The notes under the pieces were generated by a model. It saw nothing but the letters and a program-made list of their open reading frames with translations. It did no database searches and was not told the origin of the DNA. Position numbers and translations under genes: made by a program. From a virus (taxonomy: Duplodnaviria; Heunggongvirae; Uroviricota; Caudoviricetes), in the IMG/VR virus record IMGVR_UViG_3300044796_000394: 64,000 nucleotides of DNA; one strand, given 5' to 3'. This document shows, piece after piece, positions 63,056-64,000 of this stretch; position 1 is the stretch's first letter, and the number at the start of each line of letters is the position of its first letter.

Positions 63056-63089
63056 GACTTAACTTAGTAAGACACAATATGAGGTATTT

Positions 63090-63590
63090 ATGACTCTTCT
63101 CGCAGACCTTAGAACAAAACTTGTAGTGGCCTTAAAAGCCAAAAAAGAAACTGAAAAATCGATCATTCGTATCGTTTTGGGTGAAGTGGCGACACATCAA
63201 GGCCGTACTGGAAAAGAACCGTCAGATGATGATGTCAAGCGTATTATCAAAAAATTGATTCAAAGTAATCAAGAAACAATGAATTTTTATGAAGATGAAA
63301 TAGGTGGGTGTTTAGACGCCCAACGCAAATGGGACACCCTTGCCGAAGAAAACTTGATTTTATTAAGTATTGTCCCACCTGCTAGGAAGTTGGATGCTAA
63401 CGGCATTTACAACACTGCTTTGCTTGCTGGCGAACCGATATTTAACAACCTCAAAGATGCCAAATCGGAAGGTCAGGCAATTGGGCTTTGTTTTAAATAT
63501 CTTAAGAGTTATAATTGGGAGTCTGAACCCGATGATGTATTACAGGCAGTTAAAAGGATTCGCTCTGAAGGACATATCCTCAGCATTTAA
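63090..63590 (+). CDS. GatB/YqeY domain protein
   Basis: LVVALKAK..IIRIVLGE..DDDVKRIIKK..EENLIL; SD GAGGT. Confidence 0.75.
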   Translation: MTLLADLRTKLVVALKAKKETEKSIIRIVLGEVATHQGRTGKEPSDDDVKRIIKKLIQSNQETMNFYEDEIGGCLDAQRKWDTLAEENLILLSIVPPARKLDANGIYNTALLAGEPIFNNLKDAKSEGQAIGLCFKYLKSYNWESEPDDVLQAVKRIRSEGHILSI

Positions 63591-63598
63591 GGTATCTA

Positions 63599-64000
63599 AT
63601 GGAAGTTCACATCAGATCGCATAAAGAAGCATTGGCAATGATTGTTGCCAAGCCGAATACGTACGATGTGATTTTCATCAATGAGCCGTATTTCGGTGTT
63701 GATGCGATATTTAAACAAAAATCTCGCAGCTTAACAACTCACTTTTTCCATGATCTTGAAAGACCTATCAAGGGAAGAAGGATGCCAAAATACAACGACG
63801 TTAAGGCAATGTTGGATTTTGTAGATAAGAAATCCAACATTCTCTGCTGTTGTCCAAGTGGAATTTCTCGCAGCGCAGCCATTGGGTATGCTGTTACGTG
63901 TATGAAATTTTACAACCCCGAAGCGGCCTTGAAAATTTTAGATTATGATAAGCATATTCCCAATGTATTAATTTCACAATACGCAAGTGAAATTTTACAA
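63599..64000 (+). CDS. protein-tyrosine-phosphatase-like (CX5R), truncated by window end
   Basis: Translated by hand: FHDLERP..ILCCCPSGISRSAAIG. Confidence 0.75.
   Translation, partial: MEVHIRSHKEALAMIVAKPNTYDVIFINEPYFGVDAIFKQKSRSLTTHFFHDLERPIKGRRMPKYNDVKAMLDFVDKKSNILCCCPSGISRSAAIGYAVTCMKFYNPEAALKILDYDKHIPNVLISQYASEILQ

Overview
AT-rich, gene-dense segment of a large lytic (jumbo/huge) bacteriophage genome; no rRNA, CRISPR array or IS element found. 1-10 kb: DNA repair/replication and cytoskeleton genes (OGG-like glycosylase, AdoMet decarboxylase, SF2-like ATPase, LAGLIDADG and HNH endonucleases, RecB-like nuclease, DnaG-type primase, actin-like ATPase). 10.5-30.5 kb: glycan-modification region (GT4, GT9, GT2-TPR, pyruvyltransferase, sulfotransferases, ADP-heptose epimerase) interleaved with probable virion genes, a Prim-Pol domain and a GC-richer amidoligase. 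30.5-36.7 kb: peptidases and a leader/terminator resembling an attenuator. 36.7-64 kb: dispersed array of about 30 tRNA and tRNA-like genes with small ORFs, HNH endonucleases and translation genes (TrpRS, minimal GlyRS-like core, deformylase, EF-Tu domain-2-like, two GatB/YqeY proteins), plus NadD, IscA, an ADP-ribosyltransferase and a HEPN-motif protein. Top lead: trpS has no usable in-frame start and is preceded by a prfB-like +1 frameshift cassette with a Trp codon in place of the stop (CTT TGG C), suggesting feedback by Trp-tRNA level. Other leads: three 68-nt tRNA-like genes sharing a mini-D-arm fold, two tRNAs with anticodon-arm insertions, and gene cassettes next to duplicated tRNA 5' ends. 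All family calls are by-eye motif recognition; no searches or folding programs were run.
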